48,533 bases of DNA from an uncultured Bacteroidales bacterium (GTDB taxonomy: Bacteria > Bacteroidota > Bacteroidia > Bacteroidales > Bacteroidaceae): NCBI GenBank assembly GCA_946055775.1, contig CAMGHE010000001.1, positions 1 through 48,533 on the forward strand. Direction: 5' to 3'. Below the pieces are notes generated by a model, which was not told where the DNA came from, did no database searches, and was given only the letters and a program-made list of their open reading frames with translations. The position numbers and the translations under genes were made by a program. Shown piece by piece: positions 29,958 through 40,570 of this stretch; position 1 is the first letter of the stretch; every line of letters begins with the position of its first letter.

Positions 29958-32900
29958 ATGAAAAACCGTTTTAGCAGAATGGGCAAATCATTGCTCGGTG
30001 CAATGTGCCTGCTTTCGACTTGCGCTCTTACTTATTCCTGTTCAGACGATTATGATCTCGATGAGACCATGCCGACTTTTCTGGGCGGGAGTATTTACGA
30101 CGAGTTGAAGGCCCGTCAATTCAACTACACCGTACAGTTGATTGACGACCTGGAGTACAAGGATGTACTGTCTAAGACCGGTAGTAAGACGCTTTTCGTT
30201 GCGCCGGACTCGGCCTTCGACAAGTTCTTCGCTACAACCGAGTGGAAGGATGCCTATGGCGAACCCGTTCGCTCGTATTCTCAGTTGACTCAGGCACAAA
30301 AAGCAATGCTTTTCTATGGCAGCATGCTCAACAATGCCGATGTGCTCGAAATGTTGACCTACTCTTCTGAAGGTGGCGACCTGACCATGCGTCGTGCTAC
30401 GGCCGCTACGGCTGTGGATACCGTGCCGTTCTGGGTACCCGACTCTCTTCCGCATAACCTGAACATTCCCACGACCGACTCGGAGGGTAATGCAACTGGC
30501 GACAAGCGCTTCTGGGACAACTACAACCAGCCTGGCGGCAAGGGTATCCTCATGGCTCTGGACGCTACGTCCTCGCCTATGGTACACTTCCTTGAGGAAC
30601 AAATGAAGGCCAAAGATATCACCCACGAGGATATCAGTTTCGTTCTCAACCTCGAAAAGAAGGGCGAGGCGCCTTGGCTCAACGGTGCTGCCGGTGGTAA
30701 GCGCGCCTATGTTTATGACGCCCAGATTGTTAAGCAGGATGTCACCTGTATGAACGGTTATTTCAACATTCTGGATAAGGTGCTCGTCACGCCTCCCAAC
30801 ATGGCCGAGTGCATTCGTCAGAACCGTAAGACTCAACTTTTCAGCCGCCTGCTGGACCGCTTTAGTGCACCTTATTATAGCGCATCCCTCACCGCCGACT
30901 ATCGTGCCCTCCATGATATAGGAAACGACTCTGTCTTCGAGAAGAAGTATATCTCCTCGCGCTCGAGCAACGGTGCCATGACACAGGGCCCCGATAAGAA
31001 GTCGCTCGGTGCCTTCCCCTTCCTGACCTACGACCCGGGATGGAACTCCTATGCCATCAGTTCCTCCACGCCGAAGGAACGCGACATGGGTGCCTTCTTC
31101 GTGCCCAATGATGACGCCCTTAAAGCCTACTTCTGGGAAGGTGGTGGTCGCGGTCTGATGAACCGCTACGCTACCGTGCCCAATGAGCCGGGTAACATGG
31201 ACAACCTTATCACCAACATCTACCAGATTCCCCTCGACATCATTCAGGCTCTGATCAACAACCTGCTGAAGGACAGCTTCATCGAGAGCGTGCCCAGCAA
31301 GTATCTGACCATCATGAACGATGCTCAGGACCAGATGTTCCCCGCCAATAACTATCCCAGCCAGGAAGCCTATAAGGCTGCCATCGACACCTGTCTGCTG
31401 GCCAACAACGGTGTGGTATATGTGATGAACTCCGTCATCACCCCCGCCGACTACGCCGCCGTGATTGGTCCGGTGCTCTATAGCGCTAACACCCAGGTGA
31501 TGAAGTCGGTAGCCCGTGCTGACGATAACTATATCGAAGGTACCTCCTACAACAACGCCCCGCTGAAGAAGTACTATTCCACCTACCTCAAGGCCATGCA
31601 GTCGCGCTTCTCCTTCTTCGTTCCGACAGACGAAGGTCTGGGTCTCTATGGCTATGTAGATCCTATGTCTATCGCCAAGGGTGTGCTTCAGGCCAACCAG
31701 TATAAGTACTGGCGCTTTACTTATAAGAATACCTCGAACGCTGTCATCCCCGTCCGCGCTCAGGCTTACCGCTATGACATCTCTGTCGGTCCGCAGGCCA
31801 ACGATAAGACTTCGACCACGGGTGGTAATGCAGCCAACGTCTCTGAGCCCAACGGTGCTCTGACCACGGGATCGGGTCAGGTGAAGCGTACACTCCTTAT
31901 CGACATGATGGACCAGCATATCGTAGTTCACGACACCGAAGATGCTGATAATGATGCCGGTGTCAATGGCAACCGCACCATCTTCCTCTCGCGCGGCGGC
32001 GCTCCCGTTTATGTAGTTCACAAGGTTCCTGCTGCCGACAACGGTGTAGGTATGCTTGTCGATGGTGGCTACCAGCTCCAGCTCAAGAACGATGAATATG
32101 CCGACAACGACCACGACTGCGAAGTCATCGAAGGCTACGACATGACCTCCGAGAAGAATGGTGGCTACGGTAACGGTATGACTTACCTCATCAACCGCCC
32201 CATGCAGCCCACCACCAAGACGGTCTATGCCATCATGCGTGAGAACCCCGACAACTTCTCCGAATTCTACGAACTTTGCCAGGCCAACTTCTCGGCCGAC
32301 CAGCTCATCGCCGCTGGTTTCCAGACCGAAGAGATGAAGGCAGACAACGACCTTTGGAAAGCCGAGATTAAGAAATACCGCATCTTCAATGATGAAGGTA
32401 TCTATCCGCCTTTCAACGAGAAACTTGTCCGCTTCTTCAATAACTACCGCTATACGGTTTATATCCCCACCAACGAGAAGATAAAGGAAGCACGTCTGCG
32501 TGGTCTGATGACTTACGATGAGATTATCGAGTACATGGACAACCACATGATTCAGGACGAGAACGGCGAAAGCACCGGTCAGATGTCCGAGGCTGATCAA
32601 GCTAAGGTTAAAGCCATGATTACCATGCTCATGAACTTCCTGAAGTACCACTTCCAGGATGAATCGCTCTTCGTTGATAATGTCACCAGCGACGATGCCT
32701 ACCAGACATCGTGCATTGATAATTACAGCAATGTTTACCTGACGCTGAATGTCCGCCAGACCAATGGCGCCATCTCTCTCTATGACGCTACGGCGCTGAA
32801 CAGTGACGGCACAGTGGATTACGGCAAGGTGGCAGCCCACGTTGTAGCTCCCTACAACTTCATGGCTCGCGACGCCGACTTTGACAAGTCGCCTGCCAGC

Positions 32901-33056
32901 ACGGCTACCACCATCAAGAACTCGTCCTTCGTGTCCGTACATCAGATTGACAACTATCTCCTCTTCGACAAAAGCCTTGCTACCCAGCGCTTTGATGCCG
33001 CATGGGCAACTCCCGCCGTGGCCGAAAGCTTTGTGAAGAAGTACAGAATCAAGTAA
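29958..33056 (+). CDS. Large fasciclin-like domain lipoprotein
   Basis: Lipobox TYSC followed by SDDYDLDE; fasciclin H1/H2-like motifs TLFVAPDSAF, NGYFNILDKVL, FFVPNDDAL, NGVVYVMNSVI, TVYIPTNE, VHQIDNYL. Confidence 0.8.
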   Translation: MKNRFSRMGKSLLGAMCLLSTCALTYSCSDDYDLDETMPTFLGGSIYDELKARQFNYTVQLIDDLEYKDVLSKTGSKTLFVAPDSAFDKFFATTEWKDAYGEPVRSYSQLTQAQKAMLFYGSMLNNADVLEMLTYSSEGGDLTMRRATAATAVDTVPFWVPDSLPHNLNIPTTDSEGNATGDKRFWDNYNQPGGKGILMALDATSSPMVHFLEEQMKAKDITHEDISFVLNLEKKGEAPWLNGAAGGKRAYVYDAQIVKQDVTCMNGYFNILDKVLVTPPNMAECIRQNRKTQLFSRLLDRFSAPYYSASLTADYRALHDIGNDSVFEKKYISSRSSNGAMTQGPDKKSLGAFPFLTYDPGWNSYAISSSTPKERDMGAFFVPNDDALKAYFWEGGGRGLMNRYATVPNEPGNMDNLITNIYQIPLDIIQALINNLLKDSFIESVPSKYLTIMNDAQDQMFPANNYPSQEAYKAAIDTCLLANNGVVYVMNSVITPADYAAVIGPVLYSANTQVMKSVARADDNYIEGTSYNNAPLKKYYSTYLKAMQSRFSFFVPTDEGLGLYGYVDPMSIAKGVLQANQYKYWRFTYKNTSNAVIPVRAQAYRYDISVGPQANDKTSTTGGNAANVSEPNGALTTGSGQVKRTLLIDMMDQHIVVHDTEDADNDAGVNGNRTIFLSRGGAPVYVVHKVPAADNGVGMLVDGGYQLQLKNDEYADNDHDCEVIEGYDMTSEKNGGYGNGMTYLINRPMQPTTKTVYAIMRENPDNFSEFYELCQANFSADQLIAAGFQTEEMKADNDLWKAEIKKYRIFNDEGIYPPFNEKLVRFFNNYRYTVYIPTNEKIKEARLRGLMTYDEIIEYMDNHMIQDENGESTGQMSEADQAKVKAMITMLMNFLKYHFQDESLFVDNVTSDDAYQTSCIDNYSNVYLTLNVRQTNGAISLYDATALNSDGTVDYGKVAAHVVAPYNFMARDADFDKSPASTATTIKNSSFVSVHQIDNYLLFDKSLATQRFDAAWATPAVAESFVKKYRIK

Positions 33057-33067
33057 ATTCTATTATT

Positions 33068-36000
33068 ATGAAGAGCATAAAATATCTTTTGACTCTTGCC
33101 TTGTGCTTCTGCTGCACCCTCGCGTTCGCCCAGAAGCGCATCACAGGACATGTGTGGAGTTCCACCGACAAAGGTCCTGTCATCATGGCAAACGTCGCTG
33201 AAATCGACAAGTCAAATCGTGCCGTTTCAGCTACACAAACGGATGCTAGTGGTAACTTCTCTCTGACCATCAAGAACCCGAACAACACTTTGCAAGTGTC
33301 GTACATCGGTTACCGCACGGTTAGACAAGCCATTGGCACTCAGACAAATTTCCGTATCGAGTTGGTGGACAATAGCACCTTCAGCGAGGCCGTTAAGACG
33401 GTTACCCGTAAGACCAAATCGAACGGTATGGTCATTCCCGAGCGCGAAATCTCGGTGGCTCAGCAGAGCCTTAACATGGATGAAATGCAAGGTCTCTCCT
33501 TCGAAACGGCAGGTGAAGCCCTTCAGGGACAGATTGCTGGTCTTGATATCGTGTCTAATTCAGGTAACCTCGGTTCAGGTACGTCCATGCGCCTCCGTGG
33601 TGTGACCACCATCAACGGTGACCAGAACCCCCTTATCGTAGTCGATGGTGATATCCTTGAGGACTATGACACGGACGAGTTCGACGCCAATGATATGAAC
33701 GAGGAAAAGTTCGCCAGCCTTCTGCAGGTGAATCCCGAAGATATCCAGTCTATCAACGTTCTGAAGGACGCTGCTGCCACCGCTATCTGGGGTAGCCGCG
33801 GTTCGAACGGTGTTATCGAAATCAAGACCCGCCGCGGTGCACGCGGTAAGACGCGTATCAACTTCAGCTATCGCTTCTCTGGCTCTTGGCAGCCCGATGG
33901 CATGAAGATGCTCACTGGTGACGAGTATAAGATCTTCCTGCAGCAAGCTTACCACAACCCCAACCCTGAGGCAGGTAACCCCGCAGACCAGATTGTAGAA
34001 CTTCAGGACCTCCCGACCTATACGGCATACCGTTATAACTATAACAAGAATACCGACTGGATTGACGAGGTTACACAGTTCGGTCAGACCCACAACTACA
34101 GCGTCAGCCTCTCGGGTGGTGGTGACAAGGCTACCTTCCGTGTATCTGCCAGCTACGACCATGAAATTGGTACCGTTATCAAGCAGACTCTCGACCGCTT
34201 CACCTCGCGTCTGGCCCTCGACTACTATGTGTCCGACCGTATCAAGTTCTCGTCCAACTTCTCTTTGGTTTACACCAACCAAAACAAGAACTATGATGAC
34301 GGCCTCATGGGCTACGCCTACAAGGCCATGCCTAACATGGCTGTAACCCGCTGGGAGTACAACCGCGCAAACGGTCAGTACTTCGATACGGGCGAATACT
34401 ATCTGATGCCCAAGGCTGCCACCACTACCGGTATGGTGGCCAACAGTAGCAACCTCTCGTCTTACTACCTCAACGACATGGTTACTAACGGTAACCCTGT
34501 TGCCATTGCTGAATACGCATGGCGTAAATGGTCCACCTATACGATCACGCCGAAGTTCTCTGTAGAGTACAAGTTCCTCGGCAAGGAAGATGACGAGACA
34601 CAGCTGAACTATACGGGTGAGGTATTTATCAATGCCTATACCGAAACGAAGAACAGCTACTATCCCCACAATCTCGAAACGTGGAAGATGTGGTCTGACC
34701 AGATAGACCGCACCTCGAACAACGAGTATAAGAACTTCACATTCAAGAACAAGCACTCGCTGCTCTTCAAGCCCGCCTTCTCTGACGAGCGCCACGCTCT
34801 CCAGGTGCTGGGTAGCATCGAATCGACGGCATCCACCTCTACCAACCAGTATCTCTCTTCGTCTGGTATCAGCGGCGGCATCACCGATCCTACGGCTCAG
34901 GGTTACCTGACCGGCCTCGGCACCTCCACTGGTAAGAGTCACACCATGGCCATCACTGGTAGTGCCCACTATGCTTTCAACGAAAAGTACTCGCTGACCC
35001 TGACCCTCCGCGGCGACGGTAGCACCAAGTTTGGTGACGGTCACAAGTGGGGTTTCTTCCCCGGCATCTCCGCTCGTTGGAACATCAGCGATGAAAAGTT
35101 CTTCGAGCCCCTCAAGAAGGTCGTTAGCATGTTCGCCTTCCGTCCGGGCTACGGTATCACCGGTCTAGCCAACTTCGGCGAAGGTCTCATCTACAACCAG
35201 TATGGTACTTTCAACTCCTATAATGGTACGACGGCCATGAAGCCGACCAACCTCCGTCTCACCAACATTCGCTGGGAAAAGACGAAGTCTTGGAACCTCG
35301 GTTTCAACCTCAACTTCTTCGAAGACCTCATCAAGTTTGACCTGAACATCTACCACAAATATACCACTGACCTTATCAACTCGTCGGTGAGCGTACCCTC
35401 CACCAGCGGTTACACCTCGCTCAGTGCTGCTAACGTTGGTAAGATGGAGAACGAGGGTTGGGAACTCTATGTGAACACCCGCGAACTCTTCAAGGTGGGC
35501 AAGTTCAGCACGGTCTTCCGCTTCAACTTCGCACAGAACATCAACACGGTTACCGAGATGGATGCATCCGTACTCGCCGCCAACAATGTTGACTTCGACT
35601 ACTCCAGTGGTAACGAGCAGGTGCTCAAGCGTGTACAGATTGGCCACGCTCTCGGTGGTATCTACGGTTTCCGCTTCAAGGGTGTCTATGCTTACGACTA
35701 CAAGCACAACGGCTACTTCATCGACGACACCAAGAACGAGTTCTACATGTCTGAGCCCAATGCTGACGGTACCTACTCGCGCAACACGGCTGCCGCTACT
35801 GGCAAGACCGCTCCTATCGTACGCGACTCCAAGGGCAACGTGGTCTATGACAAGAATGGTAACCCGCTCCAGATGGTTTACAACTACGGCGGTATTAACT
35901 ACAAGTTTGAAGGTGGTGACGTCATCTATGAAGATGTCAACTACGATGGTCAGATCGATGAACTCGATATTGTTTACCTCGGTAGCTCGAACCCCAAAAT

Positions 36001-36496
36001 CAGCGGTGGTTTCGGTATCGACTTCAACTACGGCCGTTGGACACTCAAAACCAACTTCAACTTCCGTATCGGTAATAAGATCATCAACCTGGCACGTATG
36101 TATGCAGAGGATATGCGCAGCAACAAGAACCAAAGCGCTGCCGTTAACCACCGTTGGCGCACCAACGGTCAGGAGACGGAAATCCCCCGCGCACTCAGCA
36201 CGAAGGTCAGTGGTGGTGCCAACTACAACGCACTTATCTCAGACCGCTATGTGGAGAAGGGTGACTACCTCCGCTTCCAGTACTTCCAGATTGGTTATAG
36301 CTTCCCCAGCGAAAAACTCAAGCGCTATGGCATCTCGTCGCTCCGTCTGAATGCCTCGGGTAACAACCTTATCTTCTGGACCAAGTACAAAGGTACCGAC
36401 CCCGACCACTCTCAGTATGGCTTCAGCCCCTGTACCGACTCCAGCCAGACCCCGCGTTCGCGCTCGTTCACGCTTAGTTTGAATATTGGTTTCTAA
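33068..36496 (+). CDS. SusC/RagA-family TonB-dependent transporter
   Basis: LQGQIAGL, NPLIVVDG, DIQSINVLKDAAATAIWGSRGSNGVIEIKT, RWEKTKSWNLG, SDRYVEKGDYLR, terminal F. Confidence 0.95.
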   Translation: MKSIKYLLTLALCFCCTLAFAQKRITGHVWSSTDKGPVIMANVAEIDKSNRAVSATQTDASGNFSLTIKNPNNTLQVSYIGYRTVRQAIGTQTNFRIELVDNSTFSEAVKTVTRKTKSNGMVIPEREISVAQQSLNMDEMQGLSFETAGEALQGQIAGLDIVSNSGNLGSGTSMRLRGVTTINGDQNPLIVVDGDILEDYDTDEFDANDMNEEKFASLLQVNPEDIQSINVLKDAAATAIWGSRGSNGVIEIKTRRGARGKTRINFSYRFSGSWQPDGMKMLTGDEYKIFLQQAYHNPNPEAGNPADQIVELQDLPTYTAYRYNYNKNTDWIDEVTQFGQTHNYSVSLSGGGDKATFRVSASYDHEIGTVIKQTLDRFTSRLALDYYVSDRIKFSSNFSLVYTNQNKNYDDGLMGYAYKAMPNMAVTRWEYNRANGQYFDTGEYYLMPKAATTTGMVANSSNLSSYYLNDMVTNGNPVAIAEYAWRKWSTYTITPKFSVEYKFLGKEDDETQLNYTGEVFINAYTETKNSYYPHNLETWKMWSDQIDRTSNNEYKNFTFKNKHSLLFKPAFSDERHALQVLGSIESTASTSTNQYLSSSGISGGITDPTAQGYLTGLGTSTGKSHTMAITGSAHYAFNEKYSLTLTLRGDGSTKFGDGHKWGFFPGISARWNISDEKFFEPLKKVVSMFAFRPGYGITGLANFGEGLIYNQYGTFNSYNGTTAMKPTNLRLTNIRWEKTKSWNLGFNLNFFEDLIKFDLNIYHKYTTDLINSSVSVPSTSGYTSLSAANVGKMENEGWELYVNTRELFKVGKFSTVFRFNFAQNINTVTEMDASVLAANNVDFDYSSGNEQVLKRVQIGHALGGIYGFRFKGVYAYDYKHNGYFIDDTKNEFYMSEPNADGTYSRNTAAATGKTAPIVRDSKGNVVYDKNGNPLQMVYNYGGINYKFEGGDVIYEDVNYDGQIDELDIVYLGSSNPKISGGFGIDFNYGRWTLKTNFNFRIGNKIINLARMYAEDMRSNKNQSAAVNHRWRTNGQETEIPRALSTKVSGGANYNALISDRYVEKGDYLRFQYFQIGYSFPSEKLKRYGISSLRLNASGNNLIFWTKYKGTDPDHSQYGFSPCTDSSQTPRSRSFTLSLNIGF

Positions 36497-36507
36497 GACA
36501 TTCAGAT

Positions 36508-38385
36508 ATGAAAGCAAATATGTTTATCAATAAATTCCTGGTTAGCGGACTCCTGCTGGCAGGTGTGAGTCTCACCTCGTGCGACGACTTCCTGACAGTA
36601 CTTCCCTCTGACCGTATCACGGAAGACGATTTCTGGAAGACAGAAACCGACCTTCAGGGCGTACGCGCTGCCTGCTATCGTCAATTGGCTACCAGCGGCG
36701 TAACCAACAAAATCTTCTTCTGGGGCGAAGTGCGTTCAGACAACATGACGCTCTTCGACCAGACGCAGGATGGTATCAAGCATGCCCAGCAAGGCATCTT
36801 GATGCCTACGGAAGGTACTTTCAAGTGGAACGAATTCTATACCGGCATCAACTATTGTAACCTTGTCCTCGAGCAGGGCGAGACTATGACCCAGCCGGGT
36901 AACGAGGTGGACCCCAGTTTCCGTCAGAGCGACTGGCTTCCCATCAAGGCTGAGGTGACCGCACTGCGTGCACTCTACTACTTCTATCTGGTACGCGCCT
37001 TCCGCGATGTTCCTTACGTAACGAAGGCTGTACGCACCGATGAAGAGGCTCGTGCTCGTGTTGACGGCCAGACTCAAGGTGTCAACATCATGCGCCATCT
37101 CATCGAGGATGTAGAGGCTGTACTGCCCTACGCTGCCAACAACTTTGGTAGTTCGTCAGAAAACTGTGGTCGTTTCACCCGTCGCGGTGTGCAGGCCCTT
37201 CTCGCAGATATGTATCTGTGGCGTGGCTGTATGCTCACTACGAAGGAATCTAACCCCAAGGGCGACGTGGTGGTCAACGCTGATGGCGATACCCTCACAG
37301 CCGCTCAGTGCAACGCGCTCGCCACCGAGTGTTTCAAAAAGTCGATTGACTACTGCGATGACATCCTCGACTGGTTCCAGAGCGAGTACGACCGCAAGTT
37401 GGCTGAGAACCTTATCCAGTCTTCCCAGGATACCAACCTCGACTATCCCTACCTCTATCGTATGAAGGCGCTCAGCAATGAGAATGTCAGCGATGACGTT
37501 TATGCTACGCTGTGGTCTAAGGATAATGAGACCGAGGCTATCTTCGAACTCAAGTATGATGCTAATAAGAGTGTGTCCAACAATACCCTGCAGAACTATT
37601 GCTCTTCGCCAAGCGGTAACACGCTCAGCACCCGTTCGCTCGTAGCCAGCAGCCTCCTCGCTAGCTCTGCTGCTTCGTCCTACGATCCCGCCCGTGGTTA
37701 TGGTAAGACGGACATCCGCCTGCTCGAGACCCTGCGTTACGACCCCAACTCCTCTTCGCTGCCTCAGATTCACAAGAACATGATGACGGGTCTGACCATC
37801 AAAGACCTCGAAGATGTGACGCAGGGCGGTAAGTTCGAGTATATCACTCAGGCTGAACAGAACTTCCCTATCTATCGTCTGGCCGACATCTTCCTCATCA
37901 AGGCTGAGTCTATCGCCCGTTCGGTACCGTCCAGCACCACTGCTGCTGCCAATGAACTCGTGGCAGAAGGCTTCAAACTGACGAATACGCTCTTCGCTCG
38001 CAGCAACCCGCGTCTGAAAGCTACGGGCACGGATGGTGCAGGCCAACTGGTAAGCGACCGTCTCAAACCTAACTATGCCACCAACACCAGCAGCCCCAAG
38101 AATGCTTCCGAACTGCTCAACCTCGTATATAACGAGCGCCAGCGTGAGTTTGTAGGCGAAGGCAAGCGTTGGTTTGACATCGTGCGCCAGTGCGAGGCTA
38201 CTGAAGAGACTGTTTCCGACGTGCTCACAAACTATATTACGCTATCCACTTCCGTTCGCAACCGTCTCAAGCAACTCTATTCTATGTACAACCCTGTTAA
38301 CCAGGACGAGTATAAGATTAACGGCGAAGAGTTCGGTGGCAACCTGAAACAGAATCCTGTTTGGGCACGCTATAGCAAAAACTAA
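36508..38385 (+). CDS. SusD/RagB-family lipoprotein
   Basis: LTSCDDFL lipobox, YTGINYCNLVL, RALYYFYLVRAFRDVP, IYRLADIFLIKAE, ERQREFVGEGKRWFDIVR. Confidence 0.95.
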   Translation: MKANMFINKFLVSGLLLAGVSLTSCDDFLTVLPSDRITEDDFWKTETDLQGVRAACYRQLATSGVTNKIFFWGEVRSDNMTLFDQTQDGIKHAQQGILMPTEGTFKWNEFYTGINYCNLVLEQGETMTQPGNEVDPSFRQSDWLPIKAEVTALRALYYFYLVRAFRDVPYVTKAVRTDEEARARVDGQTQGVNIMRHLIEDVEAVLPYAANNFGSSSENCGRFTRRGVQALLADMYLWRGCMLTTKESNPKGDVVVNADGDTLTAAQCNALATECFKKSIDYCDDILDWFQSEYDRKLAENLIQSSQDTNLDYPYLYRMKALSNENVSDDVYATLWSKDNETEAIFELKYDANKSVSNNTLQNYCSSPSGNTLSTRSLVASSLLASSAASSYDPARGYGKTDIRLLETLRYDPNSSSLPQIHKNMMTGLTIKDLEDVTQGGKFEYITQAEQNFPIYRLADIFLIKAESIARSVPSSTTAAANELVAEGFKLTNTLFARSNPRLKATGTDGAGQLVSDRLKPNYATNTSSPKNASELLNLVYNERQREFVGEGKRWFDIVRQCEATEETVSDVLTNYITLSTSVRNRLKQLYSMYNPVNQDEYKINGEEFGGNLKQNPVWARYSKN

Positions 38386-38429
38386 AAGAGGCTTGGTAAC
38401 ATTGTTTAATCACAACAATAACCACTACC

Positions 38430-40541
38430 ATGAAAGCCTACTATAAGATAAAGAATAATCTGCTGAGAAGTGTCGGTGCGCTGGTTCTCCTACTGGCGCC
38501 CGCCATCTTCGCGGCGTGTTCCGAAGAGATCAACGAGGGCAACTTTGCCATCAAGACCGAGCAGACAATCGCTGACTATGTCAACGAAAACACCGAGGAC
38601 TTCTCATCCTTCGCTGCGGTCTTGAACAGGGTGAACCTCAGCGATGCTCAGAATGCCTCCTCGCTCATGAGCGTACTTTCGGCACGCGGCAACTATACTG
38701 TATTTGCTCCCAACAATGCTGCTGTCGCAGCTTTCTGTGAGCGGAGAGGTGTGGCTACCGTCGATGAACTTACGCTCGAAGACGCCAAACTCCTTGCCTA
38801 TAGTTGTATCATCGACAATGGCAGTGAGAGCGCCTACGAGGAAGCCGAGTTCCCTACGCCGGGTACTTTCGCAAAGTCTAACCTCAACGACCGTCTGCTC
38901 CCCTGCGAAATGAAGACCGAAGGTGACGAGGCTTACTACGTCATCAACAAGACTTCGCGTGTGGTGAAGACTAACGTTGAACTCTCCAACGGTATGCTCC
39001 ATGTTGTGGATGCCGTCATTGCCCCCTCAGCCGACAATGTTTATGAACTCATTGCGGCAGCCGGTAATATGAAGGTTTTTGCCAAACTCATGGAACTGAC
39101 CGCTTGGTCTGATACGATGGCTCTGCCTGATCGTGATTCCGATTACGAACTTATTACTCGTGAGGCCACCTACAAACAGTCGGGTGTCGGAGGCACGATG
39201 ACCGTTATGCAACGGCGCTACCTTGGCTATACCGCCTTTGTGGAGACAGACGAGGTCTATGAGAATGCGTTCAGCATACAAGTGGAGAAGGACGAGGAAG
39301 GCAACATCACCAACTGGGATGCCATCTTCCCGAGCATCAAAAAAGCCATCGAAGATAAGATGCCTGGAGCCAACGAGACAGACCTGAAGAGTGCTGACAA
39401 CGCAGTCAATCGCTTCGTGGCCTACCACATCCTCGAAGGTAAGATGGCTTACAACCGCTTTGTCCATCACTACAATGAGTTCAACTACAAGTACGGTACG
39501 AGTAAGGACCCCCAGACGGTCAACATGCCGACCAATGTGTGGGACTATTATCCCACGGTTGGAAAGTACCGCGGCTTAGTCAAGGTTACCCAACTTGGTG
39601 ACAAGGGCGGTAGCGGCGATGAGGACCAGATAAACCATGAAATCTTCCTCAACCGCATCTCCGTGTACAACAACTCGCCTAATGGCAATTACGAGGAGTT
39701 GTCCGCTTCCGTGCGTGGCTTGAAGATTTCACCTTCCAACGGCGAATACGACAACAGTGCCCAAAACGGGTTCTATTTCCCGATAGACGGCATTCTTTGG
39801 TATGACACTGAAACTAGAAAGAACCTCGGTAACGAACGTATCCGTATCGACATGACGACGATGCTTCCCGAGATTGCTTCCAACAGTGTCCGTGGTCAGG
39901 GCTACTTCTTCTTCCCCAAAGGCTATTTTGGCAATATTGTTAATGAGTCTGCAGGAACGGTGTTGCTCTACCTCCACGATGCGTACTCGCCTTCGGGTGG
40001 CGCTTGGCGCGATTTTCAGGGTGACGAGATAATGGCCTGCGGCCAGTATGACTTCGTCGTCAAACTCCCGCCTGTGCCCCAATCTGGTACCTACGAACTC
40101 CGCATGGGCGCTTCCCACAACACCATGCGAGGCATGGCCCAGATTTACCTGGGTACCGATCCTTATCGTCTCAACCCTGTGGGGCTGCCCTACGACATGC
40201 GTCAGACCGTTGGAACGGTTGCCATACCCTGGGTGGCCGATACGGAGGATGCAGAAGAGAATGCCGAGAACGACAAGAATATGCGTAACCAGGGCTACAT
40301 GAAAGCCCCGCGCTACTTCACCGTCACCAACGGTAAGGGTGACCAACCCTGCCGAGAAGTGGGTGGCAGCGCTGCCGCGCTACGTCGAATCGTTACCGTG
40401 GACTATTTCGACGCCAACAAGACCTACTACCTCCGGTTCAAGTCGGCGCTGAAGAAACTCGATGCACAACTCTTCCTCGATTACTATGAGTTCGTGCCCA
40501 CCATCATATACAATGGTGCTACAGCTGAAGACATATGGTAA
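38430..40541 (+). CDS. Fasciclin-domain lipoprotein
   Basis: FAACSEE lipobox; YTVFAPNNAA, NGMLHVVDAVI, YTAFVETD, FVAYHIL, NGFYFPIDGIL. Confidence 0.85.
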   Translation: MKAYYKIKNNLLRSVGALVLLLAPAIFAACSEEINEGNFAIKTEQTIADYVNENTEDFSSFAAVLNRVNLSDAQNASSLMSVLSARGNYTVFAPNNAAVAAFCERRGVATVDELTLEDAKLLAYSCIIDNGSESAYEEAEFPTPGTFAKSNLNDRLLPCEMKTEGDEAYYVINKTSRVVKTNVELSNGMLHVVDAVIAPSADNVYELIAAAGNMKVFAKLMELTAWSDTMALPDRDSDYELITREATYKQSGVGGTMTVMQRRYLGYTAFVETDEVYENAFSIQVEKDEEGNITNWDAIFPSIKKAIEDKMPGANETDLKSADNAVNRFVAYHILEGKMAYNRFVHHYNEFNYKYGTSKDPQTVNMPTNVWDYYPTVGKYRGLVKVTQLGDKGGSGDEDQINHEIFLNRISVYNNSPNGNYEELSASVRGLKISPSNGEYDNSAQNGFYFPIDGILWYDTETRKNLGNERIRIDMTTMLPEIASNSVRGQGYFFFPKGYFGNIVNESAGTVLLYLHDAYSPSGGAWRDFQGDEIMACGQYDFVVKLPPVPQSGTYELRMGASHNTMRGMAQIYLGTDPYRLNPVGLPYDMRQTVGTVAIPWVADTEDAEENAENDKNMRNQGYMKAPRYFTVTNGKGDQPCREVGGSAAALRRIVTVDYFDANKTYYLRFKSALKKLDAQLFLDYYEFVPTIIYNGATAEDIW

Positions 40542-40570
40542 TCAACACAAACTGAATAATTATAAATCTA